Shown: in pieces, positions 1-8,421 of the stretch | How the letters are laid out: every line of letters begins with the position of its first letter | Numbering within the stretch: position 1 is the stretch's first letter | Assembly (NCBI GenBank): GCA_002499545.1 | Contig: DAME01000004.1 | Coordinates: 15,577-79,576, forward strand | DNA: 64,000 nucleotides | Direction of reading: 5' to 3' | Source of the DNA: Euryarchaeota archaeon UBA88 | GTDB taxonomy: Archaea; Thermoplasmatota; Poseidoniia; Poseidoniales; Poseidoniaceae | Position numbers and translations under genes: made by a program | Notes under the pieces: model-generated | What the model was told of the DNA's origin: nothing | Databases searched by the model: none | Seen by the model: only the letters and a program-made list of their open reading frames with translations

Positions 1-2
1 AT

Positions 3-1400
3 TCGGGCTCAATCGATGTCCGAGTACGGGTTTTCGCAGATGGGGCACTTGTCCGACTACAAACAATTGACCTCAATTCACGTATTGAATGGGTACGCAG
101 TGTTGAGGCAAGTCGAATCACAGAGGCATGCCAGAACCTCCTTCCAAACTCTTCGTGCACATCATCCATCACGATTCAAAACACCGGAAATGCAGCAGAT
201 GAGTTTGAATTTTCAATTCAAAGCAGTCCTATGCACCTCACTGCGACGCTTCTTACATCTTCTGTCGAATTGTCAGTTCAAGAAACCACGAATCTTGAAA
301 TTCTTCACGTTACGGCTCAATCAGACGCAAGAGCGTTCGTTAATGGGGACGTGGTAGTTGGAGTGTATCTCAAAGAGAGTTCGGTAGCCGTAATCGAATT
401 GCGAATCCCGGTGAACATTGCACCCGTTGTTCAATGGGAATTTTCAGACCTTGTTGAAGAAATTGACACCCAAGGGCGTCTTTCAATTGCCATGACATTG
501 CGAAATAGGGGGAACACAGATGACGGGTTGTTGGTCCAAATGCAATCTTCACATTCCACTGACATGTCGTTCATCCCACCAACCATCGCCGTATTCGAAG
601 ATGGCGTAGAATACCCGCGTTCGTTTGAGATAAGTAACATTTCAATTGGGGCAAACTTTACTCTACGTGCTTGGGTTGATTTACCTCAAGACCAGATTGC
701 GAATGGAACTTTGTGGCTAAACATCACCGTTCGATCACAGTTTGAACCCGATAAAGAATTCATATCTACCTCAACTGCTGATTATCTTGGTACGCCGTGG
801 CAGACTGAAGAACAACCCGATGGGTTCGATGTTCAAGCATTCCTTGTGACCGGTTGGGAACTGTTCAAGGCATGGGGGTTAATGCTGTTGGCAATTGCTG
901 TATCTGTGGCCATCATTACCGCATCAGTGAAGGCCCGTAAACAGCGCTCACTTGAACAACGAGAACTTGAAGAAATGCGTCGTCCAGTGGAACCAGAAGA
1001 AGTCGGTGATTGGATGGAAAAATTTCAGCAAAAAGCACCACAAGTGATCGAAGAACCTCGTTTGAAAGTGAGTACTGAAGAGTTTCAGCAAGCGTTCCAA
1101 TCTCGTGCTGGTGCGTACAAAACTGCGACCCAACCAGTCGATACACGGCTCACTCAGGCAGCCATCACGGTTCTTGATCATCACGATAAAAGTGAATTGA
1201 AATCAACTGCTGATTCCCTGCTAACTTCCATACAAGATCAGGGAATCTCAAAACCAGCACCTGAAAATCAAGTCCTCCATGCAGAAGATACTTCAACACA
1301 GCGAACGATTCGAAGCGATGAGCAGCCAATTGCATCAACTGCGCCAACCCAACAAGTATCGGTCCCCCTACCGATCGACTTGGATGATTTTGATGTATGA
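3..1400 (+). CDS. 5'-truncated surface protein with CARDB-like repeats, a C-terminal TM anchor and a ~160 aa cytoplasmic tail
   Basis: Frame 3 is open from base 3 with no stop (my translation begins SGSIDVRVRVFADGALV...SITIQNTGNAADEFEFSIQSSPMHL). The Met at 231 in the ORF track is therefore internal and the gene continues upstream of the window. Strands 'IQNTGNAADEF' and 'LRNRGNTDDGLLV' resemble the CARDB/NxxGN pattern. TM helix GLMLLAIAVSVAIITA is followed by a charged, low-complexity tail. Confidence 0.6.
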   Translation, partial: SGSIDVRVRVFADGALVRLQTIDLNSRIEWVRSVEASRITEACQNLLPNSSCTSSITIQNTGNAADEFEFSIQSSPMHLTATLLTSSVELSVQETTNLEILHVTAQSDARAFVNGDVVVGVYLKESSVAVIELRIPVNIAPVVQWEFSDLVEEIDTQGRLSIAMTLRNRGNTDDGLLVQMQSSHSTDMSFIPPTIAVFEDGVEYPRSFEISNISIGANFTLRAWVDLPQDQIANGTLWLNITVRSQFEPDKEFISTSTADYLGTPWQTEEQPDGFDVQAFLVTGWELFKAWGLMLLAIAVSVAIITASVKARKQRSLEQRELEEMRRPVEPEEVGDWMEKFQQKAPQVIEEPRLKVSTEEFQQAFQSRAGAYKTATQPVDTRLTQAAITVLDHHDKSELKSTADSLLTSIQDQGISKPAPENQVLHAEDTSTQRTIRSDEQPIASTAPTQQVSVPLPIDLDDFDV

Positions 1401-1409
1401 GGTTTCAGT

Positions 1410-2132
1410 ATGTGGAATGCAGGTGTTGATGAAGCCGGAAGAGGACCTGTCTTGGGGCCTCTGGTGGTTGGAGCAGTAGCCATTCCTGCTGATGATGTCC
1501 ACCTTCTGGAAGACCACGGAGTGAAAGATTCCAAGCACCTCACATTTAGCAAACGGCAGGCATTCGTCGAGTGGTTTCATGAACAAGCGGCGGAGCGTGG
1601 ATGGAAATATTCGCTCATCGTGTGTCCACCTGAACGTATAGATCACGGCGTTCAAACCACTGGATTGAACGTACTTGAGGTCGAGTTATTTGCAGAGGCA
1701 CTCAACGAACTACGTAGGTCAGTCGACAAGCCGATGACCATAATGAACGACGCTTGTGATGTCAATGAACAGCGATTCAGTGATCGCATTGCCGTGCGCT
1801 TAGAGCATTGGCCTTGGGAAAACTCCTCCATAGAATCACAGCATAAAGCCGATACCAATCACACCATCGTTGGAATGGCGAGTATTTTGGCAAAAGTTGA
1901 ACGAGACCGCCATATCCATTCACTCATTCAACAATTGAACATTCCACTCGGATCAGGGTACCCAAGCGACCCAAAAACACAGGCATCGTTGCATTTACTG
2001 CTTAATGCGGATGAGCCACACACGTGTTTACGATGGTCGTGGAAAACCGTAAAACGGGCGTGGAAAGAAATGCATGGTGTTGATGCACCTGCTCGGACGT
2101 ATGGAACTCAACAGCAACGTACGCTATTTTAG
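1410..2132 (+). CDS. rnhB: Ribonuclease HII
   Basis: The N-terminus AGVDEAGRGPVLGPLVVGAV matches the RNase HII catalytic motif (G-x-DEAGRGP-x-x-GPLV), and GSGYPSDP lies near the C-terminus. A GAGGT Shine-Dalgarno sits 6 nt upstream of the ATG. Confidence 0.95.
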   Translation: MWNAGVDEAGRGPVLGPLVVGAVAIPADDVHLLEDHGVKDSKHLTFSKRQAFVEWFHEQAAERGWKYSLIVCPPERIDHGVQTTGLNVLEVELFAEALNELRRSVDKPMTIMNDACDVNEQRFSDRIAVRLEHWPWENSSIESQHKADTNHTIVGMASILAKVERDRHIHSLIQQLNIPLGSGYPSDPKTQASLHLLLNADEPHTCLRWSWKTVKRAWKEMHGVDAPARTYGTQQQRTLF

Positions 2133-2194
2133 GAAAGTCAGCATTGTGAAGCGAGCAGTTGATGAGGAGACGCTGTCAGGGAAGTCTGAGTCAC

Positions 2195-3907
2195 ATGTCA
2201 TGGACACCCGATGAAACAACGCTCTCCATGTTCCGACATCTTGCTATTCAAAACGCTATTGAGTATGAAGGAAAAGCAGCCCCTGGCTCAGTTATCGGTC
2301 GGCTCATGGCGACTCGAAGTGATTTACGCCCCCACGGGAAAGTCATTTCTCCACTCATCGCAAAGGCGGTCGCAGAAGCCAACGCATTGGCTGCCAGCGA
2401 TGGACTCGAATCGCTTCAAAACATCTTGCAAATGGAAGCACCACACCTGCTTGAAAAACGAGAAAAGAAGGAACGACGGGAAGGTTTACCAGAATTGAAA
2501 AACGCAACCAAAGGAAAAGTCGTTCTACGATTTGCACCCAACCCAAATGGCCCAATGTCGTTTGGCCATGCTCGCGGAATGGTCATCAACGGCAGTTATG
2601 CGAAAGAGTGGGATGGTGAAATCATACTTCGATTCGATGACACCGATGCGGTAGTCAAGCCTCCGCTACCGAGTGCCTATGAGCAAATTGAACGTGAAGC
2701 AGAATGGCTCTTAGGTTTCAAACCCCATCGCATCGTTATTGCAAGCGAACGAATTCCACAGTATTACCAGCATGCAGAGGATATGCTTCAGCGAGGTTTC
2801 GGTTATGTGTGCCAATGCAGTGGAGAGGTATTTAGAGAATTCAGAGTGAGTAAAACAGAATGTCCGTGCAGAAACAATTCCGAGCGTTTGAACATCGAAT
2901 TGTGGAACAACATGTTGGATGGAACATTCAAACCCGGAGATGCAGTTGTACGGGTGAAGACTGCAATGGACCTGAAAAACCCAGCACTTCGCGATTGGCC
3001 TGCGCTTCGGATGCAAGATACCGTACAACATCCGCACCCGCGTCCGGGTATCGGTTCGAAATACCGTGTATGGCCGCTTCTAGATTTCCAAAGTGCTGTC
3101 GAGGATCACCTGCAAGGTGTCACACATATCATCCGTGGAAAGGACCTCATGGATTCTACACGCAAGCAAACACTTCTGTATCAGCACTTTGGGTGGTCGT
3201 ATCCGGAAACCATCTACTGGGGGAGAGTCAAAGTTCACGAATGGGGTGGATTTTCCACCTCACAAATGCGACGCGATATCGAATCAGGTGAATTCAGTGG
3301 ATGGGATGATCCACGGCTACCAACCTTGAGTGCACTGAAAAAGCGCGGAATTACTGCATCCGCATTACGAAATTTTTGGATTGAACTTGGCGTGACTCAA
3401 AAAGACATTTCCGTTCCCATTTCGTCACTGTTCGCTCACAACATCAAGTGCATTGATGACGATGCACCTCGTCTTGCATTCATTCGCGAACCTTGTAAGG
3501 TTCAGTTGGTTGGTGAACACGATGGTACGGTTGATGTCGATGTTCACCCCAACCATCCAACACGAGGAGTACGAACGTTCACCATGGACCAAGGCCCTTT
3601 ATGGATTGAACGTGAGGACTTCGAAAAACAATCAATTCGATTGAAGGGTTTTGCTGACGTTTCTACGACCGGAGAAATACTCACCATCGATTCCTTCCCA
3701 CGCTCTGACCGTCGCCCAATCGTTCATTGGGCACCCGATGTCAATACAAAGGATGCGACTTTAATCGTAGCTGAAGATGGCGAAATTCATCGTATTCAAG
3801 GACGGATGGAATCGCACGAATATCCTGTTGGCACCATGGTCCAACTTGAACGAATCGGCTATGGTCGGGTCTTAGACGATTCAACCGTCGTCTTCACCCA
3901 TGCTTGA
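2195..3907 (+). CDS. gltX: Glutamyl-tRNA synthetase, archaeal/eukaryotic-type class I
   Basis: VVLRFAPNPNGPMSFGHARG is a HIGH-like motif. The RFDDTD motif and the IIRGKDL/STRKQ region are typical of GluRS/GlnRS. The ORF track starts at TTG 2159. I prefer ATG 2195 (MSWTPDETTLSMFRHLAIQNAIEYEGKA), which fits archaeal GluRS N-termini. Confidence 0.9.
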   Translation: MSWTPDETTLSMFRHLAIQNAIEYEGKAAPGSVIGRLMATRSDLRPHGKVISPLIAKAVAEANALAASDGLESLQNILQMEAPHLLEKREKKERREGLPELKNATKGKVVLRFAPNPNGPMSFGHARGMVINGSYAKEWDGEIILRFDDTDAVVKPPLPSAYEQIEREAEWLLGFKPHRIVIASERIPQYYQHAEDMLQRGFGYVCQCSGEVFREFRVSKTECPCRNNSERLNIELWNNMLDGTFKPGDAVVRVKTAMDLKNPALRDWPALRMQDTVQHPHPRPGIGSKYRVWPLLDFQSAVEDHLQGVTHIIRGKDLMDSTRKQTLLYQHFGWSYPETIYWGRVKVHEWGGFSTSQMRRDIESGEFSGWDDPRLPTLSALKKRGITASALRNFWIELGVTQKDISVPISSLFAHNIKCIDDDAPRLAFIREPCKVQLVGEHDGTVDVDVHPNHPTRGVRTFTMDQGPLWIEREDFEKQSIRLKGFADVSTTGEILTIDSFPRSDRRPIVHWAPDVNTKDATLIVAEDGEIHRIQGRMESHEYPVGTMVQLERIGYGRVLDDSTVVFTHA

Positions 3908-3957
3908 CATCTCGGCAACACTGATATGATGCCACATACAGCGCATGCCGGTGCGAT

Positions 3958-4368
3958 ATGGTAAAGACGGTAGCAGATTTGAATCTCGACGATGAACACA
4001 TCACCATCGGAATGGATGATTCAATGGCTGAAGCTGCACGACGGCTCCTCTCAATATCTGGTGGAATACTGATCGTACTCGATAATGATTCAAAAACCAA
4101 AGGGATTCTTGGAAATCGTCAATTAATTAAGGCTCTCGCTGAAAACATCGATGCAACTTCTGTCAAATGTTCTGACTGGATGGAAATGGATTTTTTCGAA
4201 GCAGAAATGGATATGACGATTAAAAAATTGATGTCAGAAGTACAACAACGCTCACCTCAAGCCGTCGTTGCAATCGACGATGAGGGCGAATTCTGTGGAT
4301 ATTTTTCGCCATCAGATTACCAAGAAGCGGCAGAAATGCTGAATTCACTCAAAGAACTGAATCTTTGA
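3958..4368 (+). CDS. CBS-pair domain protein
   Basis: 136 aa with two CBS-like halves (ITIGMDDSMAEAARRLLSISGGILIVLDNDSKTKGILGNRQLIKAL and MTIKKLMSEVQQRSPQAVVAIDDEGEFCGYFSPSDY). GGTG lies 4 nt upstream of the ATG. Confidence 0.6.
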   Translation: MVKTVADLNLDDEHITIGMDDSMAEAARRLLSISGGILIVLDNDSKTKGILGNRQLIKALAENIDATSVKCSDWMEMDFFEAEMDMTIKKLMSEVQQRSPQAVVAIDDEGEFCGYFSPSDYQEAAEMLNSLKELNL

Positions 4369-6423
4369 TTAAGCTACGATTTTAATCACCCGACTGCAGC
4401 CAAGACATGCAAATCGAAGTGGGCGCTCATCGCTCGGTACAGGGTTTGGAGTCGAACAGGCAGGGCACGGTATTACAGGGGTAGTAACCGACATCGCCTC
4501 TTGAAGTACCTCTGTACGCGAACGCGGGCTTGTCACTGAAGTCACCCACCAAATCAGAATCGTGGTTCCTACTGATGCCCCGACAAAAAGAGGCGGGTAG
4601 GCTAAGAAATGAATGCCAGCAACCAATGGAACCAACACAAGCTCGACATAGAGAATTCCACGCTGACGTGTTTTAGTCAAACGAAGCGATGTGAAAAAGC
4701 CAATTACTAATCCAAACAGTACAATTAACGAAAGAGGGATTGGGCTGTGAACTGGTGAACTGGTAGGGGAGACCATTAATCGGAATTGGTCATCTTGGTC
4801 AATCCCCTGACCTTCAATTGTCAACGACTCGCCCCAGGGTAATCGTGAGTGAGAAAGTATGATTGACGATGTGCCGTCACCTGATAATGCTGCTCCGGAA
4901 AAGGAAGTTAAGCCAGATGTTGAACCTGTCAACATCAGTGAATAATCTGACCAAAGAGGGGATGGTTGAGCAATGATAAAACTACCCATCAGTGGAATTC
5001 GTTCGCCGTCAGCAACCACTTTGGTCGTTGAAATAACCAAGGTTATCGGATGGTTAACGACGTCAGATTCACCGTTCAAATCGACATTTATCGATAGCGT
5101 CTCAAATTCTTTGGTTTGATAGCCCAGTAGTTCTTCGACATCAAGCCCAAGACCAACACTCAGATAATACGCACACAATCCCGAGCCAGTGGCGCTCAAC
5201 ATTTGGCGTTCAAACTCTGTCACCTCAATCGATTCGAGGGTACGACTAACACGGTCGTCATCACTCACGCTTCCGGCATCAAAACTTTTCAAAACAGGGG
5301 AAAGTGATGTTACTTCGTCCCCGATGTGATCCATTCCCCACCGCATCCAAAATGCCATTTCTCCACTGACTTTGATACTGGTTTCACGCTCGATTTTCAG
5401 CTCGCCACCACTGGAAGCAAGTGAAAAAGTCCCCGTGATTTGCAGAGGGCTTCCATCACCATTGGTCTTCAAAGGTTCATCTGGCGGATAGTACGTACCG
5501 GTCCCACCACTGGAATCAAAGGTTTCAATTTCGAACGATGTGGAACCCGTGAGAGCAGCGGAGCCAGTCTGCAGAACGACTCGAATTTCGGCCTCTACCG
5601 ATTCCACACCACCCTTAGCACCTTGCCAAGTCCACGTGACTCGAACTCCTTCACCTTGCGTGGTTTCTATCGGGTCACCGGTTAGAGCGGTACCAGCAAT
5701 CCTCATTTCCAAAACATCTGATTTGGAAAGTATGTCCATCCCCCAATTGGAGTCAATGACAACTGAGAAGTAGACATCAGAACCCTCGACTTCAGGTTCA
5801 AGAAGCGTTAAATCCATCAGGGGAATTTCTGCTTCAATGTTGGAATCACTGTCTTCAGAACCCCACTGGAACTCAATTTTCGCTTCGCCTGTTGGCAGCG
5901 TGAAGACAATAGAACGAGCAGTCAATGTCAGTTCAATCAATCCGTTATCAGAGATTGAAGCAGCATCAATATCGATATCGAAGACGAGTGTACCCGTACC
6001 TTGTGCCAAAAATGAACTACCCGGATCTGTGGAGGCACTGAACGTTTGAGCACCGATTTTCAGTGTTGCAGTGGCGTTGACTTGAGCACCGGCAGCATCA
6101 CTCACCTCGTACGACATCGAAACCTTCCAAGTGTTCGCAGGTATCGTGCCAGGCCATACATTCGGTAAGGTCCACTTACCGACAGTTTCCTCCGACGTCA
6201 CCGCACTTGCGATTGTAGCAGACATTGTTGAATCACCGAGATCCTGTGTAAATGGCGACATACTTCCAGCCGATGCTGAACCGAGAAGATAGAGGTCAAC
6301 GGGTACTGAATCGCAGCAAACCAGCGTATCTTCAGCCGAAGCATCCCCTACATAGAGGTCCGCAAAAGGCGAAAACATCGAGAGAAGGAAGACCATCACA
6401 AATACAGTACAACGCGTAGACAT
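4369..6423 (-). CDS. Secreted-domain membrane protein with 3 C-terminal TM helices and a cytoplasmic zinc ribbon
   Basis: Signal peptide MSTRCTVFVMVFLLSMFSPFADLYVGDASA, then ~570 aa of Ser/Thr/Gly-rich beta-type sequence. Three TM helices follow, and the C-terminus is CPACSTPNPVPSDERPLRFACLGCSRV (CxxC...CxxC). The ORF-track start at 6435 is TTG. ATG 6423 is preceded by GGGTGA plus a 4 nt spacer, so I take 6423. Confidence 0.6.
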   Translation of the reverse strand: MSTRCTVFVMVFLLSMFSPFADLYVGDASAEDTLVCCDSVPVDLYLLGSASAGSMSPFTQDLGDSTMSATIASAVTSEETVGKWTLPNVWPGTIPANTWKVSMSYEVSDAAGAQVNATATLKIGAQTFSASTDPGSSFLAQGTGTLVFDIDIDAASISDNGLIELTLTARSIVFTLPTGEAKIEFQWGSEDSDSNIEAEIPLMDLTLLEPEVEGSDVYFSVVIDSNWGMDILSKSDVLEMRIAGTALTGDPIETTQGEGVRVTWTWQGAKGGVESVEAEIRVVLQTGSAALTGSTSFEIETFDSSGGTGTYYPPDEPLKTNGDGSPLQITGTFSLASSGGELKIERETSIKVSGEMAFWMRWGMDHIGDEVTSLSPVLKSFDAGSVSDDDRVSRTLESIEVTEFERQMLSATGSGLCAYYLSVGLGLDVEELLGYQTKEFETLSINVDLNGESDVVNHPITLVISTTKVVADGERIPLMGSFIIAQPSPLWSDYSLMLTGSTSGLTSFSGAALSGDGTSSIILSHSRLPWGESLTIEGQGIDQDDQFRLMVSPTSSPVHSPIPLSLIVLFGLVIGFFTSLRLTKTRQRGILYVELVLVPLVAGIHFLAYPPLFVGASVGTTILIWWVTSVTSPRSRTEVLQEAMSVTTPVIPCPACSTPNPVPSDERPLRFACLGCSRVIKIVA

Positions 6424-6491
6424 GACTTCACCCAAAACCTACGCAGCGCGCATGGCACATAATAGAAGCGATGATTCGGGATACAAATACA

Positions 6492-6842
6492 TCAGAGTGC
6501 TTTCTCGAGCAGTGCGCCAAGTTCTTTCTCAAACAGAGAAACAACCGCTTCACCGACCTCGCCCTGTAAATCATCGGGTAGGAGACGAAGACCGAGTCGA
6601 GTTGCGGCTCGAGTCGCCTTCAACTCAGCGTAAACGGTTCGTGCTTTGGTATGGAAGTAGTAGGCCACTGCCTCTTTGATTTCTGCTTTGAGTTCAGGGT
6701 CTTCCTCAACCTTGCTGCGTATGTGTGACTTGAGCTCATCTTTCACTAAGTCCCTGAATGCTTCAATGACCAAATCTTCAGTCGACATCAATTCTTGAAC
6801 TTGGTCACGTATGCTTCCTGTCAGTAAACGCTCGATGGCCAT
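6492..6842 (-). CDS. Hypothetical small acidic all-helical protein
   Basis: 116 aa ORF, co-oriented with and 25 bp downstream of the DHH-like gene. Its composition suggests an all-helical protein. No motif recognised. Confidence 0.45.
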   Translation of the reverse strand: MAIERLLTGSIRDQVQELMSTEDLVIEAFRDLVKDELKSHIRSKVEEDPELKAEIKEAVAYYFHTKARTVYAELKATRAATRLGLRLLPDDLQGEVGEAVVSLFEKELGALLEKAL

Positions 6843-6867
6843 ATCAACCGCAGGAGGTTATGAGGTT

Positions 6868-7791
6868 TCAACCCGTCGATGGGTCGTCGGGCACAAGATG
6901 GCCCGTTGAGAGGAAGATATCTGCCAATTTGGAAGCGTATATTTTAGAGGATGCTGCATCGTCTGGCCAGTCTTGTTGTGCAAGGAAAACATGGCTCATG
7001 ACATCGATGTTCGAGGTACCAATCACTAACCTGTGCCAGACCAATTCTTCGAGGCGAGGCGTTGACAGTCCCGGTTGAGTGAGTGTGGGTAAGACCAATT
7101 CACTCAGGGCCAGTGTACGCTCATCAACATCCATTGACGACCAGCCTTTTTGCAATCGCATCAGCATCCTTTGTGAAAGTCCAGGTACCATGTTGGGAGC
7201 AGGCTGCGGGACTTCTGGGAGTGGAACAATTCGAAGGGAACCCTCTTCTCGTAAGTGGTCACGAATCGAGGTATGAATCGGGTCGAACGTTGTGTCGAGC
7301 GCTTCACGGAGCCAAAGACCTGAGCCGGTGAACGGGCGTAAGAGTCGTACTTTCGAACCGTTGGGTACGAGTTGTGCGGCCATAGCAGCGCATTGCGCTA
7401 CAACATCAAGAGCCCCCCTGCGCTGATGCTGTTTTGAACCGAGTCGAACACTAACTGAAAGTGGTGTTATGTGGATATAGTCGGTTGATGGTAATTCTTC
7501 AAGCGACCACGTATCTTCGAACGGGTCGATGAAGACCAGAAGTCCCTCCTTCACTGGCTCGGGTTCAATCCTCTCATCGCGAGGGATGAATTTCCGTGAT
7601 GGAAGAAAGCGGCGCCGATACTTGACCCCAAGGTCAAGACATGCAGCCTCAACCATGGATAAAGCGAGTAATCCTTCTAGGTCTGAAGGTGCATGAATAT
7701 GAACCATTGATGAAGATTGAATCATTTCCGTATATTGAATGATGCGCTGCTTGATATCAGCAAATGGTGCGGTTAACAGCAAGTCGTTCAT
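6868..7791 (-). CDS. Degenerate DHH-family (RecJ/Cdc45-GAN-like) protein, catalytic motifs not conserved
   Basis: VHIHAPSDLEGLLALSMVEAACLDLG aligns by eye to DHH motif I (hhHxxxDxDGhxS) with the Asp residues replaced. LLVFIDPFED resembles motif II. YIHITP sits where DHH would be. It lies immediately downstream of rps15. ATG 7791 is preceded by GGTAGGTG plus 5 nt, and the ORF-track start at 7812 is GTG. Confidence 0.35.
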   Translation of the reverse strand: MNDLLLTAPFADIKQRIIQYTEMIQSSSMVHIHAPSDLEGLLALSMVEAACLDLGVKYRRRFLPSRKFIPRDERIEPEPVKEGLLVFIDPFEDTWSLEELPSTDYIHITPLSVSVRLGSKQHQRRGALDVVAQCAAMAAQLVPNGSKVRLLRPFTGSGLWLREALDTTFDPIHTSIRDHLREEGSLRIVPLPEVPQPAPNMVPGLSQRMLMRLQKGWSSMDVDERTLALSELVLPTLTQPGLSTPRLEELVWHRLVIGTSNIDVMSHVFLAQQDWPDDAASSKIYASKLADIFLSTGHLVPDDPSTG

Positions 7792-7849
7792 CAGCGCACC
7801 TACCCTGACCACGAGGTCACCGTAGAAGAAGTCTACAGTTCAGGGACTA

Positions 7850-8308
7850 TCACTCGACCATCAAGCGTAATTCTTCACGCTTGTATCGCCATTCAGATGG
7901 CAAACGTCCTTCAGATTTGTAGTAGTTAGCAAGACGACGAATTTTAGATTCCGTGATTTCAAGAGCACGCTTGTTGTGCAAATCCTTGTGGTTTCCGCTT
8001 CCAATGTGGTTGATGATTCCGACAGCTTGTCGCATTAAATTCATCATGTCTTCTGGATATGTACCGCCGATGTTGTTCTCAAGAAGAACACTACCGATGC
8101 GCTTTCCAAGGACCAATCGGGCGTTGGGAACTGCGTGTTGATCACGAAGAATAGTACCGATTGCCGCGGAGGTGTGACCTGCTTTTCCAAGGTCGATAAC
8201 GAGTTGTGTCACTTCGCTCTTATCGGTGTTTGACCACTCTGGTGCTTCACTGACGAAGGGCTTACTTGACCCGCTCTTTCCTTTGCGTGACTTGTACATA
8301 CGTGCCAT
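7850..8308 (-). CDS. rps15: 30S ribosomal protein S15 (uS15, S15P/S13e)
   Basis: 152 aa with MARMYKSRKGKSGS at the N-terminus and HKDLHNKRALEITESKIRRLANYYK in the C-terminal half. Length and sequence are typical of archaeal S15P. Confidence 0.95.
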   Translation of the reverse strand: MARMYKSRKGKSGSSKPFVSEAPEWSNTDKSEVTQLVIDLGKAGHTSAAIGTILRDQHAVPNARLVLGKRIGSVLLENNIGGTYPEDMMNLMRQAVGIINHIGSGNHKDLHNKRALEITESKIRRLANYYKSEGRLPSEWRYKREELRLMVE

Positions 8309-8421
8309 ACGAACATCTCCAAGGAAAACGGCGACTTGTCACCCCTTCTTAACCGCTCCGCTTCATCAACGGTCGGGGGGAATGGGCTCAATGATGTAGT
8401 GCGGCGCCAAAGACCGGTATA

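Noticed and set aside
16-357. A 113 aa plus-strand ORF at the window start.
   Set aside because: It is out of frame with, and wholly inside, the longer open frame that runs from base 3 to 1400 and carries recognisable CARDB-like and TM features.
8309-8421. Possible small RNA or regulatory element in the 113 bp gap between arcS and rps15.
   Set aside because: I could find no stable hairpin, conserved box motif or tRNA-like structure by eye. It is probably just the rps15 promoter and leader.
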